Part shown: in pieces, positions 40,625-53,656 of the stretch
Layout: each line of letters begins with the position of its first letter
Position numbering within the stretch: position 1 is the first letter of the stretch
From: Octopus vulgaris
Taxonomy: Eukaryota
Assembly: GCA_951406725.2 (NCBI GenBank)
Contig: OX597830.1
Coordinates: forward strand, 32,488,001 to 32,552,000
Length of the DNA stretch: 64,000 bases
Direction of reading: 5' to 3'
The notes under the pieces: model-generated
Told to the model about the DNA's origin: nothing
What the model saw: only the letters and a program-made list of their open reading frames with translations
Database searches by the model: none
Position numbers and translations under genes: made by a program

Positions 40625-41822
40625 CACTGAGCAACAAGAGAAATGTGAGACGTGAGTGACTGTGAAATGTTTTAATTTCATTATGTCAGAGATAAATTTT
40701 GATAAACCTGATAAAATCAATTTCTTTGATGCACTTTGACCACAGTCTATGGATCATTGTCATGTGTTCTGGTAGTGTGTGGATCAAGATTATAGGGCGT
40801 GACATGTTCAATACCATGTATGTCCTCTCTGGGTGTTCAAAACGGCCATATACCATTGGTACAGGAGTGCATAAGGCAGTTCACAAAAGCCATTGGCACT
40901 TGTGCCCACGCCCTGACAAAAGTTACCTCCAGTTGTCGGCCTTGAGACCACTTGGTTCAGCTGTCACAGGATTTCATCCCACAGGTGTTCAATTGGATTC
41001 AGATCTGGGCTAGGGCCGGCCATGGCATGGTTCTGATGTTGTGCTGATGTAGGAAGTCCATGGTAATCCTGGCTGTGTGAGAAGGAGCATTGTCTTGCAA
41101 GAATACGAGGCTATGGTGATGTGTGAAGAAGGGCACAATGTGGGGTCTTAGGATATGGCCAATGTAGCACTGTGCTGTGATGCCATTCCCTTTGCTTGCA
41201 CCAATATTTTGGAACACATGGGGCCCAATTCTCTGATTCTGGTCTATAGCACCTCAAATCACGATGATTTATCCACACCATGTTATCTCTCTCCATGTTG
41301 CAGGTGGATGAAGCGGTCCTGCCTGGGTGTGGTCACCCGCGGTTGCCCTCTGTGGGCACGGTCTGCAGTGCTGTTAGTATTGCTGTATCACTGTTGCAGG
41401 CGATAGATGGTGCTGACATGGACATTGTAAGCTTTCACAACAACCAGGGCTTGCTGCCCTGCTGGCAATCAGTAACTTGTTCTCTCTGCGCTACTGACAA
41501 TCAGGTCATACTTGATGCATCCAAATTATGAATGCTAGGAACGAGGTTCAAGTTGATTGATTTTTATACCCATAACCTCCATGAGATGCACGTGCATTTT
41601 GGTTTTTATGACAATTGTTTGTGACTGCTATGCACGGCATCCAACGCAGCTGCATTTTGATGTCTCATTTCAGGGAAATTTGAAAAGTTACCTGCAATTT
41701 GGGTCTCAGCCACAAACCAGCATGTCTTAGAATATTTACACTTACGTCCCTGAAATGAATTTTCAGAATTTACCATATGAAAATGATATTTAAAAAAATT
41801 ACATTTCATTTATAGTTCAGTG
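40625..41822 (-). mobile_element. Tc1-family DNA transposon, internally deleted
   Basis: TA flanks; imperfect TIR cactgagcaacaagagaaatgt / acatttcatttatagttcagtg. Confidence 0.85.
40808..41509 (-). pseudogene. Tc1 (DD34E-type) transposase pseudogene
   Basis: FLQDNAPSH, MPWPAL, PDLNPIEHLWDEI, C-terminal RGHTWY*; frameshifts, stops and a deletion. Confidence 0.88.
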
Positions 41823-41859
41823 TATATATATATATCCATATATATCTTTTTTCTCTCCT

Positions 41860-42143
41860 CTCTTGTTTGCAAGAAAGGTTCTGCATGTGTCTTCAAAGGA
41901 GGCTGCCACTCACGCTGTCAGCAGCAAGAACAGACAAATGTTGATGATCAATGTGACAGGAACCAAGGAATTTGTTAAGGAGTTCTTGGACCTTTTCTTT
42001 GGTGCTCCTCTATCCAGATGACCAGAGAAGATTTGGCCACAGTCAATAATCCTCCGTTTTGATGATGCATAGCTGTCCCTTAGGGAGAGTTGCTTCAATG
42101 CCGATGGCTTTTGCCTGTTCTAGGATGTCGACATTAGTGACAA
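41860..42143 (-). pseudogene. RTE/BovB-like LINE ORF C-terminal fragment
   Basis: VTNVDILEQAKAIGIEATL and QIFSGHLDRGAPKKRSKNSL across frames. Confidence 0.65.
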
Positions 42144-42573
42144 AGTGACTCCAACTGGTATTTAATTTATTGAACTCAGAATGTAAAGACAGACGAAATA
42201 CCATTAAGCATTTCACCCGGCATACTAATGTTTCTGCCAGCTGACTGCTTTGTTACAAGAATACTGAGTGAAGTTTAGCAAACAGCTGATCAGTAGCAGA
42301 GCCTCATCTCAATGAGGGGATCCAGTGTTAAATAATGCCATTGGGTGGAAGGCCCCGAAGCGGGGCACAATTCTCTCCCGATTACAGAATGTGACAAGAC
42401 TGGTACTACTCATTTTTGCCAGCTAAGTGGACTGAAGCAACATGAAATAAAGTGTCTTGCTCAAGGAGACAATGCACTACTGGGAATTGAACTTATGATC
42501 TTATGATTGTGAGCCGAATGCCCTAACCACTAAGCTACACACCTTCTCTATATATTTTCATGTATGTATATAT

Positions 42574-42787
42574 ACTCTTTTACTCTTTTATTTGTTTCAG
42601 TCATGTGACTGTGGCCATGCTGGAGCACCACCTTTGGTCGAGCAAATCGACCCCAGAACTTATTCTTTGTGAGCCTAGTACTAATTCTATCGGTCTCTTT
42701 TGCTGAACTGCTAAGTTACGGGGACGTAAGCACACCAGCATCGGTTGTCAAGCGATGTTGGGGTGACAAGCACAGACACACAAACAT

Positions 42788-42820
<33 letters not shown>

Positions 42821-42990
42821 CATATACACGACGGGCTTCTTTCAGTTTCCGTCTACCAAATCCACTCACAAGGCTTTGGTCGGCCCAAGGCTATAGTAGA
42901 AGACACTTGCAAAAGGTGCCATGCAGCGGGACTGAACCCGGAACCATGTGGTTCGTACGCAAGCTAGTTACCACACAGCCACTCCTACAC

Positions 42991-42992
<2 letters not shown>
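42574..42992 (-). mobile_element. SINE family A, full length
   Basis: Homology to 4225-4636. Confidence 0.9.
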
Positions 42993-43034
<42 letters not shown>

Positions 43035-43770
43035 GTGTATAAGTGTATGGTTGTAAGTACTATTCATAACGATGTTTAACAATTACTCATTACATCATCT
43101 TATATTAACATCAATCTTCTACATTTATGTTCTCTTATTTTTTCCTTTCTTTCTTTATTCTTTATTCTTTATTCTTTATTCTTTTTTTTCCCGTGACACT
43201 TCTTCAACATGACTGTTGCTGCCAACACAACATTTTCTTATTTTCATTACACTTACCACCGATTATTCTTAAATCACAAAACTGCTTCACACACACACAC
43301 GCACACACACACACACATACACACACACACATACACACATACACACACACACACGCACACACACACACACAGACTCATAACATCATCACACATGTTACTG
43401 AAGAAATGTCTAATAATTTTCCATCTTAACATCGCTCTCGTACCCACCACCACATCAACCCCACACCTTTCCACTTCTGTTCCTCACTGTCCCGCTGTCT
43501 TACTTAATCTCTCTCTCTCTCTCTCTTTCTCTCTCTCACTCCTTCCCTTTCTCTTTCTATTCATAAGCACTAATGCTCACATTTATCTGTCTCTCCTCCC
43601 ACCACACCTCAGTGCACATGTTCAGCACCTTTGGGTCTTTTACACATATGTTCACCTTTCTTTTCTCTTTTCTTGCTCTTTTACAGTCTCTGTCTCTCAT
43701 CTTCTTCTTCTTCTGTTACTTTGTGGCAGCTATGATTCATCTTTTTGTTATTTATTGCCATATATATAGA

Positions 43771-43801
<31 letters not shown>

Positions 43802-44227
43802 ATATATGTGTGTGTGCGTGTGTACTAGTGAGTGGACAAATGAATGAAAAAGCATTGAACACATTTAGTATGAGCTACATATAATATTATTTAAAAGTTT
43901 AATCTGGTTCCAACAGGTTTCACGTTTCTAACAGAACACTGTGAAGTTGCAAGGAACCAAATAAATCTGTTTTAAATAATATGTGTGCATGTGTGTGTCT
44001 GTGTGTGTGTGTGTGTGCATGTGCACGTGTGTGTGTGTATAGTTTAGACAGTATTATAAATTTCATCTTATAACAGCCAATTCGTGCTACTGAATGGTTT
44101 CATGTCAAAGTACCTTGTGAAAGAAAAATTTAACAATCATCAGACCTCGGTGATTATTTCCTTTGGTCGAAGAATATTTTTCTCAAAGTATTTAATTTTT
44201 TTACATTTTGCTTTCTAATTCCATGCC

Positions 44228-44433
44228 TTTTATCATTAATTTTTTACCATTAATTTTTTACCAAAATTTTTACCATAATTTTTCTACCATAATTTTACCA
44301 TTAATTTTTTAACATTAATTTTTACCATTATTTTACCATTAATTTTTTAAACCATTAATTTACACTACAATTTTACCATTAATTTTTTACCATTAATTTT
44401 TTAAACCATTATTTTACCATTAATTTTTTTTAC
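44228..44433. repeat. AT-rich minisatellite, unit ~TACCATTAATTTT(T)n
   Basis: Repeated accattaatttt units with variable T-run. Confidence 0.85.
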
Positions 44434-45943
44434 TGGTACTTTCTTCCTTCTTGAGGAGGTGATAACAATTTTGAAAAGCTGCTGATCAACTATTATACTT
44501 ATCACACAATTATAATAGTTTATTTACTAATCCTTTAGTAAATAAAACATTGAGTGCCAATAATAAGAAAGGACCATATTTTCTGCGCTATTGTCTGCAG
44601 TGAATCAAGACACTCAATGTAAAGTTTTCCAGACAACATTGGATAATCTTCAGTAAAAATATAGGTAAGAATAGCATAAGTATTAATGTAGTCATTTGTA
44701 AACGGTTTCAAATTTTGGTTGAGGGCCAACAGTTTTTAAAGGGAGGGGAAGTCAATAACATTGACCCAGTGCCCAATTGGTACTAATTTTATCGGTCCCA
44801 AAAAGGATGAAAGCAAAGTCAACCTAGGTGGAATTTGAACTCAGAACATAAAGACAAGACTAAATGCAGGCCCCTCTCTGTAAGGATTCATTTGTAAATG
44901 GAACGTGATTTAGTGTTATATCTGCAGTTACATTTCTAGTTTGTGTGTGGGGTTAGATTAAAAGAGGGCTATTGTTTTAAATAGGCTGCTGTTTGTACTG
45001 GGGTTATTTGGAATCTGATATAAACAGTGGTGTTACACTTGCAATTTAAATTAAGTAGATATACTTTCTGTGCTAACTTGAAGACTGCTTGAATAATCAC
45101 CATTATCATCATCATCATCATCATCATCATCCTCATCATCATCATCACCACCATCTCCATCATCCTCATCATCACCATCATCATCATCACCACCACCACT
45201 AACACCACCACCACCACCACCACCACCACCACCACCGTCATCTTCATTTAAGTCTGTTTTTCATGCTGGTATGGGTTGGACAGTTTAAGCAGAGCTGGTG
45301 AGGCCAGAGAGTGACACCAGGTTCCAGTCCGATTTGGCATGGTTTCTACAGCTGGATGTCCTTCCTAATGCCGACCACTTAACAGAGTGTGTTGGGTACT
45401 TTAATGTGGTACCGGCACAAGTGCTTCTTATGTGGCACTGGCAGGGGTGTTTTTTACATGGTACTGGCACAGGTGTCTTTTACAGTGTTGCTGGTCATTG
45501 TGGTAATGGTGGCAGTGGTGTTAGTGTTACAGGTAGTGGTAGTTGTTGTGGTGGTGATAGTGGTAGTAGTAATGGTTGAGTTGTTTTGGTTGATATTTAG
45601 CCTTCATCAGTTCTAAGCATTCACAACATACTAGGCCAGGAATCCACTGCCTGGTGCAGGAATTGAAACCCTTGTCTCATTCCTGATCATGAATAAAGAA
45701 AGAATAAGAAAAAAAGGTTAATACCCCTTCCTGAGTGATAAGGGTGGTTTGGAGATTCTCTGTGTATATATTTCCCCCTGGATGGGACGCTAATCCATTA
45801 CAGCGTTATTCATTTCTACCAGCTAAGTGGAACAATGTGAATGAAGTGTCTTGTTCAAGAACACAATGATGTAAGGCATTCCATCTATGACCCTCCCTTA
45901 ATACATTTAAGACTGTGTTGTCTAGCATGTCTTTTCTTGGAGA

Positions 45944-46179
45944 AAAGATTATTTGCCAACATAACATGGCAGTCCTGGTTTAGGACGAATGTTGCTGCAA
46001 TTTAGCCCCAGGAGACATCGCCTCCAGCTGGCTATACAACACGATCTGTGTCCTTATATTTTCAAACAAGGACACAGATCGTGTTGTATAGCTAGCTGGA
46101 GACAATGTCTCCTGGGGCTAAATTACAGCAACATTTGTCCTAAACCAGGACTGCCATGTTATGTTGGCAAATAATCTTT
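45944..46179. repeat. Palindromic element, ~110-bp arms
   Basis: aaagattatttgccaac...ctgtgtcctt / aaggacacag...gttggcaaataatcttt. Confidence 0.9.
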
Positions 46180-48333
46180 GTAAGGTGGATACAAATGGGA
46201 AGTTGTGATGTTCATTATATTCTCCCAACAGATATATTAGCAGCATTATTGAAACTGTACTGCTAGCAATTTTAAGCACGAGTTCCTAGTTTAAATTGGT
46301 TCTTCAAAGGACTTATTTTGGTAATGATGATACTGATGCTGCTGCTTCTGGTGATGATGGTGGTGATGGTGGTTATGGTGGCAGTGGTGGTGATGGTTGT
46401 AGTGGTTGTGGTTGTGGTTGTGGTTGTGGTGGTGGTGGTGGTGGGGAGCAACGTGGTTGATTGGACAATGATGATGATGATGACGATGATAATACAACTG
46501 CTACTGATGGTGATGATTAAAAGAATTTGGGGTTATCGCCATCATCGTCATCATCATCACCATCATCGTCATTGTCACTGCTGTTGTTATTGTTGTCGTT
46601 GTGATAACGGTGATAATAGAGTTTCAGGTGATTTTTTTTTCAAGATGAAGATGGTGATGATGATAATGTCCATGACCTTGATGTAGCTGGAGATGGGGGT
46701 GGAGGTGCTGTTGCTATTGATAATGATGATGATGCTGACGATGATGACGATGATGATAGTAGTGGCAGTGGTCGTGGCGGCAGCAGTGGTTGTGGTGGTG
46801 GTATTAATGATGCTGATGGTGACAAACAAATAGAAAAAGAAATTTAGACAGACAATCTCTTAAAACGATCTTCTCTTTGCAAAACAGGTAAGAAATTAAT
46901 CCAAATTATGTGTTTGTGTGTGTTTATATATGTATGTATGTATGTATGTATATATATACATAGATATAGATATATGCACATATGTATATATACATATATA
47001 TACATATATATGTAGGTGTATATATATATATATGCACACACAAATGTGTGTGTGTATGTGTATGCATATATGTGTGTGTATGTGTGTGTTTGTGCGTGTA
47101 TGTGTGAGTAAATGTTCTTCATGGCAAAACGATGACAAGTTTGTTGTTTGGCTTTGGCAAGTCTACTTGTCGGTATTTTGAATCATTTGATTGGACATTT
47201 TACTGGCGCCGGTCCCAGAAGAGCTATTTGCCAGAATTCTCATTAACAGACAAAAGAGGAATGCCTCAAGATGACCGAGATGAGAAGATGTAGAAGAAAT
47301 TATTTGCCAAGACAAGACAAGATGACTAGCAAACTAATAATAATAATAATAATGATAATAATAATAATAATGATAATAATAATAATGATAATAATGATAA
47401 TGACAATAATAATAATGAAAATGGTTAAAAGGAAAAATAATAAAAAAAATAGAAATGGAAAATGAGAAAAATAAATTTTTTTAGCACCAATGGAACCGTC
47501 ACAACTGGAATGGTTAGCAAACCAATCTAGCAATTCAACCATGTACTATTTACCATTTTAGTTTCCACCCTTCCCCATCCCTCAACCACATCCAACTCTC
47601 TTTTTGTTCTGTTTTTCGCATCTACCTGATTCCACTTCCTCCTTCTCTTCCTATTCTTGTTCGTCCTCAGCCACCTCCTCCTCCTCCTCCTCATCATCAT
47701 CATCCTCATCATCATCATCATCCTCTTCCCTCTTCAATTTTTCCTTTTTTGTTGTTCTTGTTCTTTTTGTTCTTGTTCTTCTCCTCCTCCTCCTCCTCCT
47801 CTTCCTTCTTCAATTTGTCCTTTTTTGTTGTTCTTGTTCTTTTTGTTCTTCTCTTGCTCCTCCTCCTTCTTCTTCTATTTCTCATCCACCTTCTTCTTCT
47901 TTTCTTGTTGTTGTTGTTGTTGTTGTTCTTGTTCTTCTTCTTTTTCCTCCTCTGCTACCCCCTGTCATCATCATCATCATGGGACTTCGCTGTTAGCTTC
48001 CCAGCCACAACGTTCTTCTGTATCACCCTTCTACACAAAGACAGAAGTGTCCCAGAATCATGCATGCTGACTCCCTATTCTAGTGTAGAAGCACCCCTAC
48101 ATGCTTCCAAGCCAAACCAGCCTCCCAGCCCGCAGCCACCAAGCCATCCACCCATCTAACCGTCCAGTTAGACAACCCCCAAAACAGTAGCCTATATTAT
48201 ATTGTACTAATCATGTTAATAAGACTGAGTACCAACATCTCATCACTTATCTTTAATTATCACAAGCTACTGTCTGGGCTGTTATTTGTGGTTGCCTGAT
48301 CTGTTAGAAATAGCAGCTAAATCTTTCTCAGGT

Positions 48334-48695
48334 CGTGGCTGTGTGGTAAGTAGCTTGCTTACCAACCACATTGTTCTGGGTTCAGTTCCACTGCGTGGCA
48401 CCTTGGGCAAGTGTCTTCTACTATAGCCTCGGGCCGACCAAAACCTTGTGACTGGATTTGGTTGACGGAAACTGAAAGAAGCTTAGAAAATTACTATTTA
48501 TAAATCTCACAACGTGAGATATTCAGCAACAGTACTTTGTAGTAATTTCTGTTTGCCAACATAACATGGAAGTCCTGGTTTAGGACTAATGATGCTGTAA
48601 TTTAGCCTCAGGAGACATCATCTCCTGGGGGGAAACAATCTTTACTGAAAGAAGCCTGTCGTATATATATGTGCATGTGTGTGTGTGTGTATCCA
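48334..48695 (+). mobile_element. SINE A 5' half with a 161-bp insertion (48483-48643) flanked by a 12-bp TSD
   Basis: actgaaagaagc at 48471-48482 and 48644-48655. Confidence 0.85.
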
Positions 48696-48776
48696 TGTAT
48701 GATCATGAGTGCAACACCTTAACTATTTGGCCACATGCCCTTATCCACTTGGATGCACATTATTTTAAAACTGAGA

Positions 48777-49208
48777 AGGTGGCGAGCTGGCAGAAACATT
48801 AGCATGCCAGGCAAAATGCTTAGTGGTATTTCGTCTGTCTTTGTGTTCTGAGTTCAAATTCCACCAAAGTCAGCTTTGCCTTTCATTTTCTCGGGGTTGA
48901 TAAATTAAATACCAGTTGTGTACTGGGGTCTATCTAATTGACTTAACTCCTCCCTAAAAATTTCAGGCCTTATGCCTAGAGTAGAAAAGAATAAAGAAGG
49001 CGAGCTAGTGGAATCGTTAGCACTTCGGGAAAAATGCTTAGCAGTATTTCATCTGTCTTGTTGTTCTGTGTTCAAATTCCTCTGAGGTCAACTTTGCCTT
49101 TCATCTTTTAGGGGTCGATAAATTAAGTATCAGTTGCGTACTGGAGTCGATCTAACTGACTGGCCCCCTCTCCAAAAATTTCGGACCTTGTGCCTAGAGT
49201 AGAAAAGA
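48777..49208 (+). mobile_element. Two head-to-tail SINE B copies
   Basis: 48777-48990 and 48997-49208. Confidence 0.88.
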
Positions 49209-49595
49209 CTATTTTAAAACTGAGGTTTTCAACCCATTTTTCCCTAAGGACCCCTTGAATTTCTATTTTACTCAGGTGGACCCTCATAGCCATTTGAATG
49301 CAATCTTACAATCATGAGTGCAACACCATAACCACTAAACCATGAAGGGTTTCCACATGGTTACCATCTTCCAGATTCATTCAGAAGGCATTGATCAGCA
49401 CAAAGCTATATGAGACTTGACCATGATGCCACACAGTGAGACTAAATCTGAAACCACATCTTCTTGTCTTGTAGTGGCATTCATCCAAGTGTTAAGCCGG
49501 CTCCTATTGTGAGTCCCTAGAAGTTCCAAGGGGCAATCAGAGTCTGTGAAAACTACTTGAGTCCTTGTTTGGTGGCTTCTCCATTGCGTCAAGTA

Positions 49596-50876
49596 TCAGG
49601 TCATCTCATAAGTTCTGTCCGAACTTTGAATAAAGAAAACAAGTGATCAAATGTTATATTTATTTGAAATTTAATCATCAATATACTTTCCCTGATTATT
49701 TATGACTGTCTTCCATCTATTTACAAGTTTTTTAATCCCATTAATGTAGAACTGTTTTGGTTTCAGAGCAAAGAACTCTGAAATGTCAGTTTTGATCTCC
49801 TCCTGGCTTGCGAAAATTATGCCCCCCAAATGATTCTATAAACTACAAAATAAATGGTAGTCTGAAGGAGCAAGGTCGAGAGAATATGGTGGATGAAGAA
49901 TTTTTTCCCAACCAGACTCTTTGATCTTCTGTAATGTGATCTTTGCAGTGTGGGGTTGTGCATTGTCCTGATGAAACATCAGTCCTTTTCGATTCACTAA
50001 AGCAGGTCTTTTTTCTACAAAGCTTGGTTCAAACTCTCTAATTGCTGACAGTAGACTTGAGCATTGATTGTTGCATTAGGTGGTAACAATACAAAGTGAA
50101 TTACTCCTTTGCAATCCTACTAGATAGAGAGAAGAAACCTTTTACCCATGAAGTTCCCTTCTCAGTTGTGGTTGAGCTTTCTCTCTTTAACCAAGCCACT
50201 GTTTATGTTGTTTAACATTTCGATAGAAGATACATTTTTCGTCACCAGTCACAAGTCTATCCTGAAAGGGTGAAATGAGTTCGCAAGAATGGAGAGAAGA
50301 GCAGATGTCAACTCGGGATTTGTGGTTGCTTTCGAACAATTCATGAGGCACCCATTTTCCAAGTTTAGGAACCTTTCCAAGTTGTTTGCAAAGATGAAAA
50401 TGAACAGTTCTATTGTTTGAACTAAGCTTTATTGCCAATTCTTCAACTGATAATGCAGGATTTTCTTCAAGTAATGCCTCAAGGAGCTTATCATCAAACT
50501 CAATTGGATCTTCATCTTCAAGGCTGAAATCTCCACTTCTGAATTTTGCAAACCATCTTCTGCAAGTTCTTTCATTCAAGCATCCTCTCCCATAAACTGA
50601 GTGTATGTTTCGAGTCACTTCAGCTGCAGAATTTCCTTTTTTGTGCTCATAAAGCATTATGTGCCTTAAATGCTCTTTGGATGCTTCCATGTTAGAAAGG
50701 GTTTTAATCAAAGAAATTTCAATTCTATTATTCTGTAAAATAATATTTAATTAGTTTAAATGTACACAACTGCATAAAAATAATTTTTAATTCCATTAGA
50801 CATTCTAAAATACTTTTAAATTTCATTCAATTTTAAAAAAGGTAAAAATCGGATAAGAACTTATGGGATGACCTGA
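49596..50876 (-). mobile_element. Full-length mariner transposon (1281 bp)
   Basis: TA TSDs at 49594-49595 and 50877-50878; TIR tcaggtcatctcataagttct / agaacttatgggatgacctga. Confidence 0.95.
49671..50690 (-). pseudogene. mariner (DD34D) transposase pseudogene, cecropia/Hsmar1-like
   Basis: MEASKEHLRHIMLYE, WVPHEL, VTGDEK, HQDNAQPH, HPPYSLDLAPSDYHLF, ending GKYIDD*; premature stop at ~50187. Confidence 0.93.
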
Positions 50877-51303
50877 TAGTTTCACAGATGTCTGTATTCG
50901 TAAGTCACAAAATATGACTAGTGGCAGGTCATCCCTGTGTTATGCCTTCTCACCACAGGATTCCACCAACAGATGCAATCCAACACCATCAGGAAGTTGC
51001 TGGATCCCGGAAGAGACACTGCCTAGAATTCACCATAGGCCTCCAGTACCTGTTCGCTTTGGGTACCCTGAAACCACATGATTGCAAAGCAATCTTCTTA
51101 ACTGCACACCTGTGCCTAGATATTAAGATCTCTTTCAAACTACACCTCATAGTCTTGGAGAAGCAAGATCAGATTGCAAAGAGAGGGACCTTCATATAGT
51201 GTATCTTTTATTTTTCCACCTTTTACTTGTTTCAGTTATTAGACTGTGGCCATGCTGGGGCACCACCCTGAAGAATATTCTTATTTGGGTGTATCGACTC
51301 TGT

Positions 51304-51606
51304 GGAGGCACATGGCCTAGTGGGTAGAGCAGTGGACTCAGAGTAGAGGGATCGCAGGTTCAAATCTCAAACCGGGTGACGTGTGTGTTTATGAGCGAAA
51401 CACCTAAGCTCCACGCAGCTCCAGCAGAAGGTAATGGCAAACTTCTGCTGACTCTTTCACCACAACTTTCTCTCACTTTTTTCTCCTGCATCTAGCAGCT
51501 CACCTGCGGTGGACTGGTGTCCCATCCAGGTGGGAAACCTACATACCAATGAAACCAGGAAACCAGCCCTTATGAGCCAGGTATGGCTCGAGAATGAACG
51601 AACAAC
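51304..51606 (+). mobile_element. tRNA-derived SINE with V-domain-like block, nested in a SINE A (-, ~51220-51955)
   Basis: ggaggcacatggcctagtgggtag...ggttcaaatc; ggactggtgtcccatccagg; related head at 61344-61530. Confidence 0.75.
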
Positions 51607-51732
51607 ATCAACCCTAGCACTTATTTATTTAAAGCTTGATAATCATTTTATCAATTTCTTTTGCCAAATTGCTAAGTTGTGGAGATGTAAACTCACCAAC
51701 ACCAGTTATCAAGCAGTGGAGTAGGGGGATAA

Positions 51733-51773
<41 letters not shown>

Positions 51774-52751
51774 TAGATGTGTATACATATATATAGGATG
51801 GGCTTTTTTCAGTTTCCATCTATTAAATCCACTGACAGGCCTTGTTTGGCTAGAGGTTCTAACAGTAAAAGGCGCTTGCCCAAGGTGCCACACAGTAGGA
51901 CTGAACCTAGAACCATATAGTTGGGAAGTAATCTTCTTACCATGCAGCCATGCCTGTGTCTCTGTATCTGTTTGAAAAAATTTCTTGGGGTGGTCAACAT
52001 TGGAACGTCTTTGACCATCGCTGGTTATTCTCAGGACTGACCTGAGGCTACAGAACAACAACAATAGCAACTGTAACTATCGTCGTCATCTCAGAGCACC
52101 AGCTCAGACATCATAGCAGAAATATATATCACAACACCGCTGTTAGTAACAATCGGCATTGACAGCCCTCTCCCCCACTACCACCACTACCACCACATCC
52201 CCAAATCTTCCGCCATCACCACTGCCACCACCACTGCCGCCGCCACCACAACTGCTGCCACTGCTGCCACTGCTGCTGCTGCTGACGCCGCCAATGCTGC
52301 CTCTGCCACCACCAGCATCAGCACAAGGCTACGGTGAATAACAATACTGTTACCAGACCACAGGAGTCACCACTATTACAACTACCACCTACACAAAGTC
52401 AAACAGATTTAAGACTGCCCCCCGCCGTCACCCTTATCATTATTACAATACGACTGTATCACCACCACCACCACCACCACCACCACCACCATCAGCACCA
52501 CCATCACCACTATCACCGCTATCACCGAGCTATTACACTCACATCACCACCACTGTCACTGCAGCTGACACCTTTGCTATCACTATCATCTTATTGCCAC
52601 TGGCCACTTATACACCAAATACACACACATACAAACACACACACACATACACACACACACACACAAACACACACGTGATCACACACATGCACGTACACAC
52701 ACACACACAGATGCAAATATGTTTGTATAAATGCTCATGTATGTATATACT

Positions 52752-52798
<47 letters not shown>

Positions 52799-52872
52799 AT
52801 ATATATATACATACATGCATACATATATATGTATGTATGTATCACATGCACACATGCAATCATACATATACA

Positions 52873-52979
<107 letters not shown>

Positions 52980-53117
52980 ATGTATATATGTGTATATATA
53001 TATGATATATATATATATATATATATGTGTGTATATATATATATATATATGTCTGTATGTATGAATGTATGTATGTACATTTATATAGATGTATATAGAT
53101 ACATATATATATACACG

Positions 53118-53192
<75 letters not shown>

Positions 53193-53319
53193 GGTGTTGT
53201 CCGTTAATTTACATTCAATGATGCCATGCCTCAGCTCAGCCGAGCACTAATGAGTTTTTCACTAATCACGGCCTGGCTGGTTTATTTTTAATCAAATCTT
53301 ACCGGAATATTCTTTGTCA

Positions 53320-53625
53320 TAGGAGAGAGAGAAAGTGAGAGGGAGGGAGGTGGGGAGAGTGGTGAAGGAAAGATGAGGAAGAAGACAGCAAGGGTGAATG
53401 GAGGAAGATATATGAGGAAGACACAATGAAGGGAAGACAGACAGAGAGAGTAAGAGGAAGAGAGAGAGTGGGGAAGATGGCAAACAGAAAGATAGAGAGG
53501 AATGAGAGAAGGCAATGTCAAATGGAGAGAGGGAGAGAGAAAAGTGAGAGAGGAGTGAAAGAAGAGTACAAGACAGTGGTAAAGAGTGTGCTGGAGAGAG
53601 AGGAGAGAGTGAAAAAGAGAGAGGG

Positions 53626-53656
<31 letters not shown>

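Noticed and set aside
42349-42366. GC hairpin gccccgaagcggggc as a terminator or Helitron end
   Set aside because: No U-tract and no downstream CTRR
51390-51465. HDV-like ribozyme in the SINE body
   Set aside because: P2 and J4/2 elements cannot be assigned; the sequence matches a generic SINE core variant
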